64,000 bases of DNA from Eledone cirrhosa (taxonomy: Eukaryota). The stretch is from the NCBI GenBank assembly GCA_964016885.1, contig OZ024747.1:25358001-25422000 (forward strand). The letters are read 5' to 3'. Below the pieces are notes generated by a model. It made no database searches. It was not told the origin of the DNA and saw only the letters and a list, made by a program, of their open reading frames with translations. The translations under genes were made by a program, and so were the position numbers. This document shows, piece after piece, positions 39,941 through 51,460 of this stretch (positions within the stretch are counted from its first letter, which is position 1; each line of letters starts with the position of its first letter).

Positions 39941-40276
39941 AAGAGATAGTACAGAAGACCCGACCCCCCACGGGAACAAACCGAAGCTGAAGCATATAGA
40001 CAATATGCCTCCTCACCCTCTCCCACTGCAAAGTGGTTGTGGAGGTGCCATGGCAAAAAAGCACCCAGCCCACACTGTAAAGTGGAAAAAAAGCAACCAG
40101 CACTCACTGTAAATGAGGTTGGTGTTAGGAAGGGCATCCAGCTGTAGAAATCAAGCCAGAATCAGTTCCTGTATGAGCAAGACATGGTCAGCCGACCGGC
40201 TACTGCCCACAACAAGACAAACCGTCTAACCCATGCTAGCGTGGAAGAATGGACGTATGATGATGATGATGATGAT
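39941..40276 (+). mobile_element. Short 3' fragment of the 43403-type RTE (end of ORF, 3' UTR and tail)
   Basis: Colinear and highly similar to 44620-44963 (GACCCGACC..GCTGAAGCATATA.ACAATATGCC...CCGTCTAACCCATGCTAGCGTGGAAGAA.GGACGTA(TGA)n). Begins right after a (TA)n run. Confidence 0.9.
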
Positions 40277-41832
40277 AACTAGCCAAAACTGCCTGAACTT
40301 GCAGTCGATCCTCAACTTCACTAATATATATATAATATTATATATATATATATTATTTAAGTAAAGAAATGTTGGTTAATCAAATAATTGTTTCTACTTT
40401 AGGTACAAGGCCAGCAATTACCCAGTGCATTACTGGTACTTTATTTTATCAACCTCGGCGGGATTTGAGGTTTCAAATAATCTACCGATTTGAGTCATAA
40501 ACAGATGTAAAGCACTCTATGACCTGTGTTCCATAACTCTTTAGCATTTAAACCGGCCATATCCGGCCAGAGTTCTCTCACCTCTTTCTGTTCAAATCAG
40601 CCATAACCGGCCTCTCATACTTATGTTAAAGTATTGTTTTCAAAATAAATAATATCAAAATCTCATAGATTCAATATTATGTGAGATAATTATGTGAAAT
40701 AAAGCCTTTTCTGTGAAAATATAATAGTAAATATAGAGTAATGTGAATGCTAAAGGGTTAAAGTATTATCAGTAAGGGATCAAATGGAGTGTAGATATTA
40801 TAAAGAAGAGAGACAGTTTTAAATTTACACACACACACGTGTGCATATACATGGAGGGGGAATATCAGGTGTAGCGTTGGCGAAGTTCAGGAAGCATGAA
40901 ATGATGCAGTGTCCCGATAGCTAACAACTATGCTTCAGCAACTCTGAGCATGAAAAAATGTTTCTGAAAGTTATGGGAGCTGAACTGTTTTCTGTTTCAA
41001 AAAGGTGCCCAGGTTTGTTGTTGTCAAGATGGTTAATAATCTACTAAGCCAGTTGCCAGATGTCAGAGCTTTAATGTACCCATGCCCAGGGAAGCAAGGC
41101 ATTCAGAGTATAGTAGATGCCTGATGGATGGTATTTGAATATATATATATATATATATATATACACACGCACACATATACATACATAAATACCACATACA
41201 CACTATATATATTAGACATGATGGATCCTCCATCTATTTCAACAATGAGCTTTCAGTATTTCTATAAACTCAACATCCAACAAGTGACTTAGTATGTAAG
41301 TGGTTGAGTATTCCACAGACTTGTGTACCCTTCATGTAATTCACAAGCCAAATCAGTGTAACACAATATGTGTCAAAGTAGCTATAGTTAATCTGATAAG
41401 CCTCCATATAGTTTCCATTTACCCAATGTCTGTCTCATGACATAGGTTCACCCAAGACACTAGCCCAAGATGCCATGCTTGAGCTTCATAACTATGAGGA
41501 TTGAACATGGAATCCTATGGTGGCAAAGAGATGTCTGCTTCCCATACACACACACATACATACATATGGGAATGCATAATCTCATACTCAAGAATTCTTT
41601 TGTGGAGGTTTATGAATACATATTGATAAACACACATACATACTAATATATGTAATTTTATGCTAAGTTATGCTGTGATTCATATGCACATGCATGTACA
41701 TATGCAGAAAATTCTTACACGTATCTTTTTACTGGCATCAGTCATTAGACTGGGGCCCTACCTTTAATGCACAAAATTCAGAAACATATGTACAAACATG
41801 TATATATGCATACACATACATAATTACATTCT

Positions 41833-41993
41833 ATTGGCAGTATTGGTAGAGGATTGGACGCCATGCTTATGGTCTGAGTTCAAATCCCGCCGAGGCTAAC
41901 TTTGCCTTTCAGCCTTACGGAGGTCGATGAGATAAAGTACCAGTAATGCACTGGGTTAATTGCTGACTTGTGCCAAAAGTAGAAACAATTATT
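41833..41993 (+). mobile_element. Family A SINE (internally deleted)
   Basis: ATTGGCAGTATTGGTAGAGG...GAGTTCAAATCCCGCCGAGG...GTGCCAAAAGTAGAAACAATTATT matches 18902-19092. Confidence 0.88.
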
Positions 41994-42066
41994 CTATTGT
42001 GTTCCAGCCAACATACTATGGCCATGCTGGGACACCACAATTGTGCACAGATTTGCAATCACCCAC

Positions 42067-42325
42067 TTAATTCTTTCATTACTATATTTCTAATGAAAGA
42101 CTTTGTCCATGATTTTCAAATATTTTGAAAATAATAAAAAATTGGGAGGGATTTAGTAAAATAACTAACTTTCTCAATATTAAGACGATGGTTGCAACAT
42201 AAGACGTTTATATACAAAATTATGATGAAAGAAGGTGTTTAGATAAATGTAAACACTTACGAAAACCAGTTTTGTATCATAAAACCATGTAGTAGTTTCA
42301 GGCAGTTTGGTATCAAAAGGGTTAA
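42067..42325. mobile_element. piggyBac-type MITE family 2 (~260 bp), the most abundant dispersed repeat in the window
   Basis: TTAA.(C)CTTTCATTAC.ATATTTCTAATGAAAGAC ... GTTTGGTATCAAAAGGG|TTAA. Copies or fragments lie at ~96-160, 2840-3080, 5388-5600, 7830-8028, 10357-10450, 11292-11625, 19983-20162, 35655-35900, 36460-36767, 37226-37375, 57270-57642, 58110-58332 and 58410-58709. Confidence 0.8.
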
Positions 42326-42851
42326 AGATAATCATAGATATGCATAGATGTAGCTGGACATCTATTGGGTCTGATCAAAGGAATAACCTGCTTGTCAAAC
42401 GAATGTACAAGTGGCAGAGCATTCCACCGACACAAGTACCCACAACATGATTCTCGGGGAGATCCAGTGTGATAAATGTGTTGTAAGATTGGAGCAAAGT
42501 GAAATAAAGAGCCATGCTCAAGGACACAATATACTACAGAGAATCGAACTCACAGCCTTATGATTGTGAGCTGAACATCCTAACAAATTAAGTCATGAGC
42601 TTTCATTTGCCTAGATGTGTACATATATACATATACAAAAATGCATAGATAGGAAAAAAAAATACAAAGTGAATATAGAAAAAGGATTAATAGCTTAAAC
42701 TTTCACTTCACTCTGCCAAACATATCTACCTCAGTCTAAAATTATCCTCAGCAACCATTTAGTGGTGGGTAGCAAGCAAACCAAGGTTAGCAACTATCTT
42801 GCAGGGTACATACACACCATATCAACTTTCTTTTACCTGGTAAAAATGGTT

Positions 42852-42935
42852 GAGAGAGAGAGAGAGAGAGGGAGAGAGAGAGAGAGAGAGGGAGGGAGAG
42901 GGAGAGAGAGAGGGAGAGAGAGAGAGGGGGAGGGA

Positions 42936-42990
<55 letters not shown>
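42852..42990. repeat. (GA)n/(GGAGAG)n polypurine tract
   Basis: Direct reading; source of the ERERER and SLSLSL ORFs. Confidence 0.95.
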
Positions 42991-42991
<1 letters not shown>

Positions 42992-43118
42992 GAATAGGAG
43001 AGAGCAGCTACAACTTTCTGGCTGTATTTTCTGAGACGTAGCTAGTCCATTGCTATTTACATACACATACTGAGTTTAGATGAAATTAAACCCAAGGTTT
43101 TACATTTATATAACTAAA

Positions 43119-43165
<47 letters not shown>

Positions 43166-43346
43166 CAGTCGTATATATGTATGTCTGTATACAGACATGC
43201 GTGTATGCATACATATTCAGCTATAGAAACCATTCCAAAATGGTATATATGAGCAAAATGTGCTTATCTGACCAGTCTAGTATCTGACCGTGACAACCAG
43301 TCCAACTCATACCAGCATGGGAAATAGATGTAAAATGATATGATGA

Positions 43347-43387
<41 letters not shown>

Positions 43388-43402
43388 TATATATATATAT
43401 AT

Positions 43403-44963
43403 CTAGTAAGCCACTCTACTTGGCATTTGTCGACCTTGAGAAAGCCTTTGACAGAGTTCCACGTGCGGTAATCTGGTGGGCTCTTAGAAAACTAGGAGTA
43501 GATGAATGGCTTGTGAAAGCGGTACAAGCCATGTATAGGGGAGCAGTCAGCAAAGTTAGGATTAGCAATGAGTATAGTGAGGAATTTAGCGTACAGGTTG
43601 GGGTCCACCAGGGCTCTGTTCTTAGCCCTCTCCTGTTCATCATAGTCCTGCAGGCAATAATGGAGGAGTTTAAGACCGGATGCCCATGGGAACTCCTGTA
43701 TGCTGATGACCTCGCACTCATAGCTGAATCTATGGTAGAACTAGAGAATATATTCCAAACCTGGAAGCAGGGACTAGAGAGAAAGGGCCTCAAAGTCAAC
43801 ATGACAAAGACTAAGGTCCTTGTAAGTAGACGAGAAAACAGAACCCAGATCCCCTCAGGGAAATGGCCTTGCTCAGTATGTAGGAAAGGTGTAGGTAGGA
43901 ACTCCATTCTCTGCCCCAAATGCAAACAATGGGTACACAAGAGATGTAGCGGGATCTCAGGAAGCTTAATTAAGAATGTAGGATTCACATGCAGCAGCTG
44001 TGTTGAAACAGCAAGCAAACAGCCACAGGAAACAAGTACCACCAATCTCTGGGAGGGCCCTGTAGAAACAGTAGACAGCTTCTGCTACCTAGCTGACCGA
44101 ATTAGCAACAGAGGTGGGTGCTCAGAAAGTACAATAACTAGGGTAAGAACGGGATGGAAGAAGTTTAGGGAACTACTACCACTGCTAGCTGCAAAAGGCT
44201 TCTCCCTCAGAATGAAAAGCAGACTGTATGATGCGTGTATCCGAACAGCGATGTTGCATGGTAGTGAGACCTGGGCACTGAAGGTGGAAGACTTACGTAG
44301 ATTAGAGAGAAACGAAGCCTGCATGCTCCGATGGATGTGTAACAGTAATATACGTGAACGACAAAGCATAAAGGAATTGAGAGAGAGACTGAGCATAAGA
44401 GGAATCAAATGCTGCGTGCAGGAGAGGTGGTTACGCTGGTATGGACATGTGATGCGTATGAAGGATGACAGCTGCATAAAAAGGTGCAGAGCACTAGAAG
44501 TTGATGGAAACCGCGGAGTGGGGAGACCCAAGATGACTTGGGATGAGGTGATAAAAGCCGACCTTACCCAACTACACCTCTCAAAGACAATGACACACGA
44601 CCGTGACTTCTGGCGTCACGCAGTAATACAGGGTACCCGACCTCCCATGGGTACATGCTGAAGCATATAAACAATATGCCCCCACTCCCCCCACCGCAAG
44701 GTGGTCGTGGAGGTGCCACGGCAAAAAAAGCACCCAGCCCACACTGTAAAGTGGACGTGTAGGCGCCACGAAAAAGCACCCAGCACTCACTGTAAATGAG
44801 GTTGGTGTTAGGAAGGGCATCCAGCTGTAGAAATCAAGCCAGATCAGTTCCTGTATGAGCAAGGCATGGTCAGCCGACCAGACACTGCCCACAACAGGAC
44901 AACCCGTCTAACCCATGCTAGCGTGGAAGAACGGACGTAAAACGGTGATGATGATGATGATGA
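43403..44963 (+). mobile_element. Young 5'-truncated RTE-clade LINE (RT, Cys/His finger, C-terminal region, ~300-nt 3' UTR, (TGA)n tail)
   Basis: Uninterrupted ORF 43420-44661 with FVDLEKAFDRVP, GVHQGSVLSPLLF, LLYADDLAL, YDACIRTAMLHGSETW and LRWYGHVMRM. Ends ACGGACGTAAAACGG(TGA)n and is flanked by (TA)n. Confidence 0.95.
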
Positions 44964-45299
44964 TATATATATACATGTGTGTGTGTGTATATCATTTATC
45001 TATCTCTCTCTCTATCTATATATATATATATTGTACTACAAACACACACACATATATATAAGAGAGTGTTCAGGTTTGCTTCAGAAAACCATCCCCGTTG
45101 ATGGATGTGAATCTGAAATATAGGGACTAATAAATCTTTTAAGGTACACAAACTCTGGCATTCTTCCTCTTCTTTTTCCTCTTTTATCTTTACACCTTTT
45201 ACATTTATTTACATTTGTTTTCCTTCTCTTATGCCATTGGATTTCATTGCCAGAAGATTTACCCATCTGCATTGTAGAGGCTTTTAAACTTACTATATA

Positions 45300-46190
45300 T
45301 CATCATCATCATCATTTTACGTCCGCTTTTCCCTGCTTGCAAGGGTGGGACGGGTCTTGTTCAGCACAGCATCTCTCCACTCATCACGGTCCCTCGTCAT
45401 CTCCACTGTGAGCTTCAATGATCTGAAATCTGTTCTCACCACCTCCGCCCATGTTTTTCGTGGTCTACCTCTACCACGTCTTCCTTCAACTGGCATTTCC
45501 TGGCACTTCTTCAACAATCGGTCATCCTCCATGCGCATCACATGTCCATACCACCTCAGTCTCCTCTCCCGTACACTACATTCTATCCCTCTCAGACACA
45601 GTTTCTCTCTCAACACATTTATGCTGGGTCGTTCACGCACATTTACACTGCACATCCAACGGAGCATGCTTGCCTCATTTCTCTCCAGCCGTCGCATATC
45701 CTCTGCGGTTGCTGCCCATGTCTCACTACCATGCAGCATCGCGCTCCTCACACAGGCATCATACAACCGGCCTTTCGTACGCAGGGAGAAACCCTTCTTC
45801 GTCAACAGAGGAAGCAGCTCCCTAAACTTCTTCCAACCCGTCCTTATTCTAGATACTATGGCCTTGGAACACCCTCCTCCCATGCTAATCTGATCTCCTA
45901 GGTACCGGAAGCTATCCACCACTTCTATAGCGCCCTCTCGCATTTGAAAAATGTGTCTATCAGTGCGACTTCTACTGTCTAATTTCCCTGTACATCTACT
46001 GCATACATATTTCTCCCTACCTGTTAGTTTGCCTGCTATCCCGCTACATCTCTTGTGTACCCAGGACCTGCATTGTGTGCATTTTATAGAATTTATGCCA
46101 GTTCCTTTTCTGCATATCGAACATGGCCATTTCCCTGACGGAATCAGGGTTTTGTCCTCTTTTCTACTCATCAACACTTTTGTCTTAGCT
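45300..46190 (-). mobile_element. Young 5'-truncated RTE-clade LINE of a second subfamily
   Basis: ORF 45317-46177 is homologous to the 3' two-thirds of the 43420 ORF (WPCSICRKG...WVHKRCSGI, FRYLGD, MLHGSETW, LRWYGHVMRM, RGRGRPRKTW). The stop codon is followed almost directly by a (TGA)n tail. Confidence 0.95.
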
Positions 46191-46473
46191 ACCCACCACT
46201 AGATATATATATATAGTATGATGAGGTGGAGAGAATTGTTATGTTTCAGGTTGTTCTGTCCAAAAAAAAAATAGGTTCTCTTCTGTCTAAAACAGAACAC
46301 TCCTGCCACACACTGAGATACTAATATACACTTTTAAAACTCCACTGAACTGATTTTAGCTAATGCAAACCATTACTAGTCTCTTCAAATTCTACTGTCT
46401 ATATATATATAAGGGTTCCAGTTATTATACTATGGCCATGCTTGGTAGCAATCAACTCTCTTGAGCAAGGATT

Positions 46474-46673
46474 AATAATAATAATAATTGTTTCTACTTT
46501 TGGCACAAGGCTAGAAATTATCCCAGTGTATTACTGGTACTTTATTTTATTGACCCCGTAAGGATGAAAAGCAAAGTTAACCTCGGCGGGATTTGAACTC
46601 AGACCATAAAGGGCCGTTACTCTTTGCTGCAAAGCATGGCATGCAACCCTCTACTGTTACTGCCAATATACCA
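46474..46673 (-). mobile_element. Family A SINE, near full length
   Basis: Colinear with 18902-19092, with an (ATT)n tail. Older family A-related copies also occur at ~11860-12045, 14340-14640, 22250-22480, 22650-22940, 38630-38820, 40385-40470, 59500-59640 and 63515-63655. Confidence 0.9.
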
Positions 46674-48157
46674 TAATAATAATAATAAATTATACACACA
46701 CACACAATGAGCTTTGCAGTTTTTGTCAATCAAGTTTCACTCACAAGGCATTTGTCAACCTGAGGCTATTGTAGAAGGCAGTTACTCAAGGTGCTATACA
46801 ATGGAACTGAAACCAAAGCCATGTGCCTGTGAAATGAATTCCTTAACCTCACAGCCATGGAGGTATCAAATTTTGTTGTATTATTGCATATTAAGAAATA
46901 ATAGGAGTTACTTTAGAGCTAGGGAGGGCAATTAACTCTACAAGTATGAAAATCCAAATATGGTTACTATAATTTAGAACTGCAGTGAAAGTATTTAGCC
47001 TTGTGATTAGTTTGCTAGGCTTAAGAACGTAATGTTGTGGATTTGATTCTTGAATTGGGTGGCATGTTATGTGCTTGAGTAAAACACTTTATTTTATGTT
47101 GCTCCCATCTACTTAGTTGAAAATGAATACCAGCAGTAGGGTGATATCACTGTGATGGACTGGGTTCCAGTCCAAGAAGGAAATGTGAGCTCTCAGTTGC
47201 TTAGTGCCAATGAGACCAGGAGAAGCTCTGTCCTGATGAGTTTTCAAGCTTGGAACAGACATTAATCCATTTTAAATTTTATTTAGCACAAGTTGTCAGT
47301 AAAGAACACTAGCTTAGAATGTGTATTTAACAAAGATTTTATAGTATAAAAATGAATAGAGAATAACTCTACATTTAATCTTTGAGAGGAATTCAAACAT
47401 TTTTTCAACTAGAGACCTTTGATGCAGTGGAAAAATGTTATTGACATGAAATATATTCATTAGTGATGAGGAATGGGCACTTAGCCATCAAAGAGAAAGA
47501 GACTTGTATTTCATATGTGCCAACATTTCTGGGTAATTTTAAACTCAAACTGATACTAGTTTGTGTGTACTGGAACATCAACAAAAATGAGTAGACAGAC
47601 ATAAACTGCCTGTTGAATAGACTGTTAGTAACAGTTTATGGATAACTGATAAGTACCACAGTCAATCCAAACATATACTGAAGGATGTCTTACACATTTT
47701 TGATAACCTTTTCTGATAATGAAAGACCATTGACAATTTATAACTTAACATTAAAGTTACCTATGTATTGATTATGTATCTTATTTCATATGCTAGTAAA
47801 TCTGTTGGTGTTAGGAAGGGTATCCAGTCATAGAAAACCTGCCAAACAAAGGCTGAGAGGACTCTTCTTGTAGCAAGAGCATGACAACCTCCTAGTGTTG
47901 GTGTCATGAGAAAATGCATGTAGTACACTCTGTAAGTGGTTGATAAGAGGTCAGTAGCTCTGATTAAGTAGTAACTTGGTCAGTGATGACCCATCCAACC
48001 TATGCTAGCATGAAAAACAGACATTAAAGAATGATAATTATATATATATAATCAAGTGTGAAACTAATAGACTTTATGTTATTGCATCTTCTTCATTCAT
48101 TTGTTCATTTCCTGTCTCTTTGACTTATATGTATATATTATATATATTGAATTTGAT

Positions 48158-48415
48158 TCCAAATGTAGAAACCAACTGTACCAACAATCAGTTGTTATAG
48201 ATAATAGCTTCGAAAATTGGGTAAAATACCCTTATAGATGGATCAAAAGTGGCCATCAGTTGCTACAGAGAATTAAACTCTATATCTCTCATATAGAAGT
48301 TTGATTCTCTGTAGTGGTTGTTGGCCACTCTTTTCTATTTACTGGAGTATTTTACTTGCTTTTCTAAGCTATTATTTACAGTGATCAACTATTGTTACAG
48401 TTTCTGCATTTAGGA
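48158..48415. repeat. ~260-bp imperfect fold-back (palindromic) element
   Basis: Nested inverted blocks: CCAAATGTAGAAAC/GTTTCTGCATTTAGG, ATAATAGCTT.GAAA/TTTC.AAGCTATTAT, GTAAAATAC/GTATTTTAC, AGTGGCCA/TGGCCACT and CTACAGAGAATTAAACT.CTATAT/ATATAGAAGTTTGATTCTCTGTAG. Confidence 0.85.
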
Positions 48416-48423
48416 TTCTCTCT

Positions 48424-48469
<46 letters not shown>

Positions 48470-48472
<3 letters not shown>

Positions 48473-48768
48473 TTGTGAGTTCAATTCTCAGACCGGGTGA
48501 TGTGTTGTTTCCTTGAGCAAGACACTTTATTTCACATTGCTCCAGTTTACTCAGCTGTAGAAATGAGATGATAGGACTGGGGTCCATATCATTCCACTGC
48601 AAAGTGGTCGTGGAGGTGCCACGGCATAAAAGCACCCAGCACTCACTGTAAATGAGGTTGGTGTTAGGAAGGGCATCCAGCTGTAGAAATCAAGCCAGAA
48701 TCAGTTCCCGTCCCACCCTTGCTAGCAGGGAAAAGCGGACGTAAAATGAAATGATGATGATGATGATG
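48470..48768 (+). mobile_element. Composite SINE: family B head/core, RTE-derived middle, RTE 3' tail
   Basis: GTGAGTTCAATTC...CCTTGAGCAAGACACTTT, then a block shared with 44693-44850, then a 3' end nearly identical to 45300-45354 (reverse) ending in (TGA)n. Confidence 0.85.
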
Positions 48769-50591
48769 ACACACACGCACACATATATACATAAATACAA
48801 TATACATACATAAATATAATGTACATACATGTATAATGTTTACATACCATGAATTTTATATCAAAAGGTTTATATACACAAGTATGTCTGACTCTACATC
48901 AATGTTGATAAACAACATTCATATCACATTCTATCAACAACACAATGTATCTGGCAGCAGTATATTCAATGTGTGTTGAAATCTATTAAAACAATGCCAC
49001 AATAGTAGCTATGATTACAGACAATAGTAGCAATAATTACAAACCACCATAACAATATCATTTGAAATTGTTGATGTATGTCAATCCAGTTTACATCATT
49101 CTAATTGACTCTTGATATTAAACCACCTGAAACTATTCCAGATTTTATGATACAAAGCTGTTTGTTTCAAAGAGTTTATCATCACTGTCATTATTTAATG
49201 TCAGTTTCCTATGCTAGTAATGCTTGCATGGTTGGTGACAGATAAAGCCAATACTTAATTGGAGCTAATGACCTTTCAAATGGGTTAGGGGTTGCATTTC
49301 GCTTATATATTTTTCCGTACTTTGCAGAATGTACTAGGTACATTTCATTGAAGCACCAATTCTAGTGAGCTTGGCATGTCTTTGACACAATGAGGAGTCT
49401 CCTTCACCCTTTGTTAGGCAAGTTTTCTACAGGTGGATGCTCTTCCTATTACCAACCATTTTTTAGAGTGCAGTGGGTGCATTTAATCCTGACATCAACA
49501 CTAGGGAGGTTGTTATGCTCTCGACACAACTGAAGAGTCCTTCCAACCTCCAAAATTGTAGCAATAATTACAATCTTTTTCTCCAGATTTCAACCCCACT
49601 GTGTGACATTTTGAGCAAGAGTCTTTTTCCATAGAATTGTGTCAACTCAATTGAGTTGATGGAAACTGTGTGGAAGTCCACCACTGTGTAAAATGAAATG
49701 AAATTTATAGTTCCCACCTATATACCTTTAGCTGGTTTCATGAGGTTGCATCTCATAGGTTTCCTGGGTATTTTAATTGATAGGAGCCCTTGCTATATAA
49801 AAAAAAAAAAGCAACATGAAGCATCTTGCTCAAGAATGCAATGTGCCAACCAGTCCAGGAACCAAATTCACAACCTTATGATTAAGAGTCCAACACCCCA
49901 ACCACTATGCCACAGGCCTTCACGGTGCCACACCGATTTATTAAAGGTATCCATGTCTATGGAATACTCAGCTACTTAAAATATCTAAAATATCGACAGT
50001 TGATTGACAAGATCCCAGACCTCACTTACTTAATGAATTAGGTGAAGCTCATCAAATTGGACCGAGGAAACAATGTTTCCATTGGTCTTTCCAATTGCTA
50101 ATTCTCTCTATCGGACGCAAATCCAGGAAGGAGGAGCAACATGAAATAAAGTGTCTTGCTCAAGGACATAACACATCATCCGGTCTGGGAAATGAACTCA
50201 CAACCTCATGATTGCGAATCAAGTTCTCAAAACTTAAAATATAAGCCAATGAATACATAGCTGTATTGATAAAATTGGAAGATTTATGATAGAAACTGAC
50301 CGAGAATTCATAGTTATCATTTATTATTTGGTATTAGCATTTATTATTATTTGGTATATATGTATAAATAATTAATGAATGTCAAACTATTTTATTTACA
50401 CACACACTCACATACACATGTTTATCAGTGATCGATAAAGACCATAACTAAATACACAAAACTTCAACAGAGGACAAAGTTATGCAGGGGTCTGGAGAAT
50501 TGCATTCCTCCTTTGTGTGTGTGTGTGTATGTGTGTTTCATAGATAGCTTTTTTTCCTTGATCTATCTCTTTGGAAATTCTTGGCACTATG

Positions 50592-50629
<38 letters not shown>

Positions 50630-50669
50630 CTATATATATTAATTCTTGGCACTATGTATGTATATATAT

Positions 50670-51261
50670 GTCAGGTCACCACTTGGTGCTACTGGTAACA
50701 TGTATTCCAGTACAACCTGTCCCATGGTCGGGTCGTTGGCGACTAAACTGGCAACCCCACTAAGGTTTCTTGGTGAGGAGGGTGACTTTGGACATCCTGC
50801 AGGACTAAAAACAAAACCTGTCAAAGGAGCTCTTAAGAGTCAATGGCAATCCAAAATCACCGGGAGAGATGAACCCTTAGCCTTTGTCAAGGCAGAATTC
50901 TAGGAGAAGGAAAACTCTGATATAACACCTGCAACTCTGATGGTATCCAATGATGTTGACTTGTTCTTCTTTTTGGTAAATATCATCTTGGTTAAGAGAG
51001 TGGGACTGGCTTTGTGCAGTGCCTTTGCTCACTATAAAAGCTTCACGGCACAGGCATTGCTTTATATCTGGAGATCTCTCTGCACTTGTCATCACATGGT
51101 ACCATGGGCACTATGTGCCAATAATTGTCACAAGTGTAGTGTTTGTACCAGAGTTTTCAAGTCGCTGGCTGGACTAAAGTCACATTCGTTCAATGCATCG
51201 GTAGGAGTTCTCCTACATGGATATGAAGTAGTGGCCGTACTCGAAAACGAGTTGGCAGCCA

Positions 51262-51265
<4 letters not shown>
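50670..51265 (+). mobile_element. Bipartite non-autonomous RTE-derived element (5' UTR fused to 3' end) with long target-site duplication
   Basis: The 5' part has the RTE-5'UTR-like CTAGGAGAAGGAAAACTCTGA. The 3' part encodes [19 protein letters not shown] (C-terminal zinc finger typical of BovB-like RTEs). ACACATACTATATATAT(T/A)AATTCTTGGCACTATGTATGTATATATAT is present on both sides. Related fragments lie at ~16860-16980 (5' part), ~10790-10893 (3' part) and ~63835-63880. Confidence 0.75.
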
Positions 51266-51313
<48 letters not shown>

Positions 51314-51460
51314 TATATATATAAATTCTTGGCACTATGTATGTATATATATATATATATATCTATCTATATATATATACACACACATATATATATATAT
51401 ATACACACATATATGCATGCATATATATATACATATATATATATATACACACATATATAT

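Noticed and set aside
43416-44531. Antisense ORFs of 209 and 148 aa, and similar ORFs at 45345-46202
   Set aside because: Shadow frames of the RTE ORFs with no independent motifs.
47221-47262. CTGATGAG...GAAC hammerhead-like string
   Set aside because: No GAAA or proper stems; it is the 3' part of a family B-type SINE.
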